From the NCBI GenBank assembly GCA_963663225.1, contig OY760142.1, positions 1,920,001 to 1,984,000 of the forward strand: 64,000 bases of DNA, read 5' to 3'. Positions 59,884-64,000 of this stretch are shown here, piece after piece. The notes under the pieces were generated by a model that worked only from the letters and a program-made list of their open reading frames with translations, was not told the origin of the DNA and did not search any database. Every line of letters starts with the position of its first letter. Positions within the stretch are counted from its first letter, which is position 1. Position numbers and translations under genes: made by a program. This DNA is from Nitrospirota bacterium. GTDB lineage: Bacteria; Nitrospirota; UBA9217.

Positions 59884-60897
59884 TTATATTTCTCGTCCGA
59901 CTGCCTGGGCTATTGGCTTCAGTTCGTCCATGAGCTGCTTGAACATTTTTGGCTTCAGGGACTGTTCTCCGTCCGAGAGGGCTTCTTCCGGGTTCGGATG
60001 CACCTCTATGATAAGCCCGTCCGCGCCGGCGGCAACTGCCGCTTTCGCCATGGGGGCCACGAGGTCCCACTTGCCGACTGCGTGGCTGGGATCAACAATG
60101 ACCGGCAGGTGAGTAAGCTGCTTCAGCACCGGCACAGCAGAAAGATCAAGGGTGTTTCGCGTCGCCGTTTCATAGGTCCGGATTCCCCGTTCGCAGAGGA
60201 TTACATCATGGTTCCCGCCTGCCATAATGTATTCAGCGGACATGAGCCATTCCTTGATTGTCGCGGAAATGCCGCGTTTCAGCACGACCGGTTTGTGATA
60301 CGATCCCACTTCCTTCAAGAGCCTGAAGTTTTGCATGTTCCGGGCGCCTATCTGCACAATGTCTGCATACTTTACAATGGCATCCATATCCCGGGGGTCC
60401 ATAACTTCGGTCACCACCGGAAGTCCCGTCCTCTCCCGTGCGTTCGCAAGATATTTAAGCCCTTCTTCACCGAGCCCCTGAAAGGTATACGGTGAAGTGC
60501 GGGGTTTAAACGCTCCTCCGCGGATAAAACTGGCTCCCGCCGCTTTGACCTCTTTCGCCGTTTCAATAAGAAGGGTCAGGTTCTCCACGGCGCAGGGCCC
60601 CGCCATGACGGCGATTTTTTTGCCGCCGATCTCCATGTTGGAGACTGTGATGATGGTATTCTCTTTGCGGAACTCTCTGCTGGCGAGTTTATACGGCTTC
60701 AAAATGGAATGTACTTTTTCCACGCCGGGGATGGCTTCGAGGGGAAGCGAACGCAGTACGGCTTCGTCGCCGATGGCGCCGATGACCGTTCGCTCGGTGC
60801 CTTTGGAAACATGGGCCTGCAGGCCGAGGCCTTTTAATTTTTTGACAATATGACTGGCCTGTTCCTCTGTTGCGTCAGGCCGGAGAACAATAATCAT
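59884..60897 (-). CDS. aroF: DAHP synthase, class I-beta with N-terminal regulatory domain
   Basis: [36 protein letters not shown]. Confidence 0.95.
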   Translation of the reverse strand: MIIVLRPDATEEQASHIVKKLKGLGLQAHVSKGTERTVIGAIGDEAVLRSLPLEAIPGVEKVHSILKPYKLASREFRKENTIITVSNMEIGGKKIAVMAGPCAVENLTLLIETAKEVKAAGASFIRGGAFKPRTSPYTFQGLGEEGLKYLANARERTGLPVVTEVMDPRDMDAIVKYADIVQIGARNMQNFRLLKEVGSYHKPVVLKRGISATIKEWLMSAEYIMAGGNHDVILCERGIRTYETATRNTLDLSAVPVLKQLTHLPVIVDPSHAVGKWDLVAPMAKAAVAAGADGLIIEVHPNPEEALSDGEQSLKPKMFKQLMDELKPIAQAVGREI

Positions 60898-61043
60898 GGC
60901 TGCCTTTCTTCATCCTTGAGAGAGAATGTGCTTGCGGAGTAAAGGAACCGCTGGGAATTATGCAGTCATAAACATCAGGCAGGTATGCCGCGTCTTTGAG
61001 GGCTGTTGAGCCGCTCTGTATTGCGATAATGGTTCTCTGTTGT

Positions 61044-62120
61044 TTATGCTTGAACAATTTTTTTCAACTCGTCAACGAACCGCTTGTTTTCTTCCGGCAA
61101 GCCGATTGTGACCCTGAGCCTTTTCCCGCCCATGGGACGGATGATAACGCCCGTTTTCAGGAGCCGTTCATACAATTCTTTGGCATCAAATGATGTTTCA
61201 AACATAATAAAATTCGTCTCGGTTTTTATGAACGGAACACCCATCTGCGTAAACGACTGGTACAGAAATTGTTTGCCTTCGTTGTTGCTGGCGATGGATC
61301 TCTCCACGTGTTTTCGGTCAGAGAGGGCGGCCAGAGCGCCGATTTGCCCGAGCGTATTGGTATTGAAGGGCTGACGGACCTTGTTCATGAACCCTGCAAT
61401 CGATGCTGTCGTGAGCCCGTATCCGATGCGGAGCCCTGCAAGGCCGTAAATTTTCGAAAAGGTTCGGAGCGCAAGCACATTTTTCCCCGATTTCAGATAA
61501 TCGAGAGAGTCCGGATAATCGGCATGAGTGGCATATTCAAAATATGCCTCGTCCGTAGCAACAATCACATGGTCAGGCACGCGGTTCATTAGCCGGTCCA
61601 TCTCTGCTTGTGTGTTCATGGTGCCTGTGGGATTGTTGGGATTTGCAACGAAAATAAGTTTTGTTTTATCGGTAATTCTGTCGGCCATGGCGTCCAGATC
61701 GTGCCGGTCGTCTTTCATCGGAACGATGATATTCGTTCCGCCGACGGCCTGGGTGACCATCCGGTACACGACGAAGGACTGTTCTGCCGAAATCACTTCA
61801 TCCCCCGGCTGCACGAACGTGCGGATTGCCAATTCGATCAGTTCATTCGAACCGTTGCCCAGAATGATCTGGGAAATGTCCACATTGAATTTTTTGGACA
61901 ACGCCTGGGACAGATAGTAACCGCTTCCGTCAGGATAACGATTCAGTCCTTCCAGGGCCTTTTTGACGGCAGCCACTGCTTTTGGCGATGGGCCCAGCGG
62001 ATTTTCGTTTGAGGCAAGTTTGATGCTCCCTGTTATGCCAAGCTCCCGTTCGAGTTCTTCAAGCGGTTTTCCGGGAACATAGGGGGTGATGTTTTTGATG
62101 TTGTCCGAAACAATAATCAT
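61044..62120 (-). CDS. hisC: Histidinol-phosphate aminotransferase
   Basis: KLASNENP, NPNNPTG, DEAY, RTFSKIYGLAGLR. Confidence 0.94.
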   Translation of the reverse strand: MIIVSDNIKNITPYVPGKPLEELERELGITGSIKLASNENPLGPSPKAVAAVKKALEGLNRYPDGSGYYLSQALSKKFNVDISQIILGNGSNELIELAIRTFVQPGDEVISAEQSFVVYRMVTQAVGGTNIIVPMKDDRHDLDAMADRITDKTKLIFVANPNNPTGTMNTQAEMDRLMNRVPDHVIVATDEAYFEYATHADYPDSLDYLKSGKNVLALRTFSKIYGLAGLRIGYGLTTASIAGFMNKVRQPFNTNTLGQIGALAALSDRKHVERSIASNNEGKQFLYQSFTQMGVPFIKTETNFIMFETSFDAKELYERLLKTGVIIRPMGGKRLRVTIGLPEENKRFVDELKKIVQA

Positions 62121-62193
62121 TGAATGAAATATCGGGATTCCAGTGCTCAAATTACGGCACGCGGCCGCGTTCTGAAATCCATACTGAAACCGG

Positions 62194-63267
62194 TCACTGG
62201 CTCTTAGGGTAGGATCCCAGAACCTTCAGAAACAGGCAGTCATTTTTTAATGTATCGATGGCTTTTGCCACCGGCTCATCTTCTATGTGTCCCACCATGT
62301 CCAGAAAGAACACATAATCCCAGACTTTTCTGCCGGATGGGCGGGCATCGAGCCTGGTCAGGTTGATCCCCATTTCTGCAAACGGGGTAAGCATGGCATA
62401 CAGCGCTCCCACTCTGTCTTTAATGGAAAACATAATGGAAGTTTTGTCTCTTCCTGTTTTGCTCGGGGACTTGGCGGCAATAACAAGGAAGCGTGTGAAA
62501 TTGTTCGGATTATCTTCAATTTTTCTTGCCGCTATCTGCAATCCGTAGAGCGCGGCCGCCATTTCGCTCGCAATGGCGCCTGCCGCGGGGTCGTCTTTTG
62601 CGATTTCCGCCGCTCTGGCCGTGCTTGACGCGTCCATGATCGGAATGCCGGACAGATTTTTTTCTATCCACTGTCTGCATTGCCCTGGTACCTGTGGATG
62701 GGTGTAAATTTTCTTGATGTCTTCTATTCTGCCCGATTTGTTCATAAGATTTTGAGACACCTCAAGCATGATTTCCGCGTATATCTGAAGGTCTGAATCA
62801 ATGAACATGTCGAGCGTGTAGTTCACCACGCCTTCCGTGGAGTTTTCCACAGGCACCACACCGTAGTCGGCGCGGCCGCGCTCCACCTCGGTGAATACAT
62901 CACGGATGTTTTCCACAGGCACATATTGCGCCGCAAGGCCGAACTGCTGCATGCCCGCCATGTGCGTGAACGTGGCGCGCGGACCAAGGTACGCGACCCT
63001 GAGCGGCCGTTCAAGGGAAAGCGATGACGAAAGTATTTCGCGATAGACGGCCCGCAGGGTGTCCTGCGGAAACGGCCCTGTGTTGCGTGCGGCCAACCGT
63101 TCAAGAATTTCCCTCTCCCGTGAAGGGGAGTGAAAATCGAGCTTTTCCGTTTTCTTGATGTTGCCTACCTCGACAACGATTTTTGCGCGTTCGTTGAGAA
63201 GATCAATCAGCCGATCATCAAGCTCGTTGATTTTTTTTCTGAGTTCCTGTATTTTTTCCATCGACAT
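62194..63267 (-). CDS. pheA: Chorismate mutase / prephenate dehydratase (P-protein)
   Basis: N-terminal AroQ domain, PVENSTEG, NFTRF, C-terminal ACT domain, LGSYP. Confidence 0.95.
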   Translation of the reverse strand: MSMEKIQELRKKINELDDRLIDLLNERAKIVVEVGNIKKTEKLDFHSPSREREILERLAARNTGPFPQDTLRAVYREILSSSLSLERPLRVAYLGPRATFTHMAGMQQFGLAAQYVPVENIRDVFTEVERGRADYGVVPVENSTEGVVNYTLDMFIDSDLQIYAEIMLEVSQNLMNKSGRIEDIKKIYTHPQVPGQCRQWIEKNLSGIPIMDASSTARAAEIAKDDPAAGAIASEMAAALYGLQIAARKIEDNPNNFTRFLVIAAKSPSKTGRDKTSIMFSIKDRVGALYAMLTPFAEMGINLTRLDARPSGRKVWDYVFFLDMVGHIEDEPVAKAIDTLKNDCLFLKVLGSYPKSQ

Positions 63268-63308
63268 AGTTGGGCGGCCGGGCTTGCGCACAGCAAACTG
63301 GATTATGA

Positions 63309-63337
63309 ATTATAGTTTGTTTTTCGAGCAGTTGCAA
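63309..63337 (-). promoter_or_regulatory. Sigma70 promoter for the pheA operon
   Basis: Minus strand TTGCAA-N17-TATAAT. Confidence 0.6.
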
Positions 63338-63731
63338 GGACTTTTTGGAGAGCAGTACAGCGGCAACGTGATGGTCATGGCGATCGGGTATGTCCGGCGC
63401 AGGTTGCAACGCGCTGCTCTGTCTGTGACGGACGCCCTGTATTTTCGTGCTGCCGGACAATACGCGAAATACAAACTGCATCATTTTTTTACCGTCCGGT
63501 TTGTTTTTCAAACAGTTCAATCCCTACGACAGGGGATCCCCTGGCTCCCGCCGGAGGGGGCTCCACTGCCGATCTTCTTGCAATTGACGTTTACTTGTTG
63601 TACTCTCTCGGTATGAGAGCGGCTTCGCCGACCGCCTTTCGTGCGGTCGAGCGGTTCGTAAAAGCTTCCGCATAAAATTCTCAGGCTCGGCAATGCTGCA
63701 AAGTTCATGCAGCAGCTGACAGGATATCTTG

Positions 63732-64000
63732 ATGAAAACTACTGCTCGGTCTAAAAAAATGACGCCGTTTTACGTGATGGAACTGCTGGAGCAGGCCCGG
63801 GCCATGGAAGCCCGGGGCGAGCATATTGTACATCTGGAAATCGGCGAGCCGGATTTCCCGACGCCTGAAGCGGTCAAGGAAGCTGCCGTTGCGGCAATCC
63901 GGGAGGATCGGACTTTTTACACGCACAGCCTCGGCATTCCGGAACTGAGAAAATTGATTGCCGACCATTACCGGGAAAACGACGGCGTACGAATTTCTCC
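63732..64000 (+). CDS. PLP-dependent aminotransferase class I/II, truncated by window end
   Basis: Manual translation MKTTARSKKMTPFYVMELLEQARAMEARGEHIVHLEIGEPDFPTP...YTHSLGIPELR. Confidence 0.85.
   Translation, partial: MKTTARSKKMTPFYVMELLEQARAMEARGEHIVHLEIGEPDFPTPEAVKEAAVAAIREDRTFYTHSLGIPELRKLIADHYRENDGVRIS

Noticed and set aside
63330-63520. Possible Phe-rich attenuator peptide upstream of pheA (MMQFVF...)
   Set aside because: Only two Phe codons, no short ORF or terminator, and it lies upstream of the predicted pheA promoter
1-64000. CRISPR arrays, IS elements, prophage genes, selenocysteine recoding
   Set aside because: No regular repeat-spacer arrays, transposase or phage ORFs, or in-frame TGA interrupting a conserved gene were noticed by eye

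Overview
Mostly core chromosome of a diderm, probably anaerobic bacterium; gene order and content suggest Nitrospirota or Desulfobacterota (inference only). Conserved blocks: dksA / tRNA(CAT)-tilS-hpt-ftsH-folP-cdaA-cdaR-glmM-comEC; DUF47-pit; xfp-fba-Fe-ADH; dnaJ-hspR-clpB; trxB-moeA-moeA::PBP-tolQRAB; and the minus-strand pheA-hisC-aroF-tyrA-aroA-cmk-ispH-rpsA-sppA-ihfB cluster. Two things stand out. (1) A complete integron gene cassette with a 59-bp attC, sitting in an attI-like site with its own promoter but no adjacent integrase, plus a second, inverted attI-like motif (26.35-27.15 kb). (2) An accessory periplasmic module (43.8-52.1 kb): hexaheme cytochrome c, AraC regulator, Cys/His-insert protein, a tandemly duplicated pair [small secreted beta protein + Tat-exported Tflp/MJ0301-like MBL-fold metalloprotein], and a ~10-TM membrane protein built from five FDxWPF-ending repeats. 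Also found: a 58-aa Cys4 gene missed by the ORF track, a TrxB lacking NADPH-binding motifs, a YihY-cNMP fusion and a HAIR-like operator. No CRISPR array, rRNA, transposase or prophage genes were seen. All assignments are by eye; no database searches were run.
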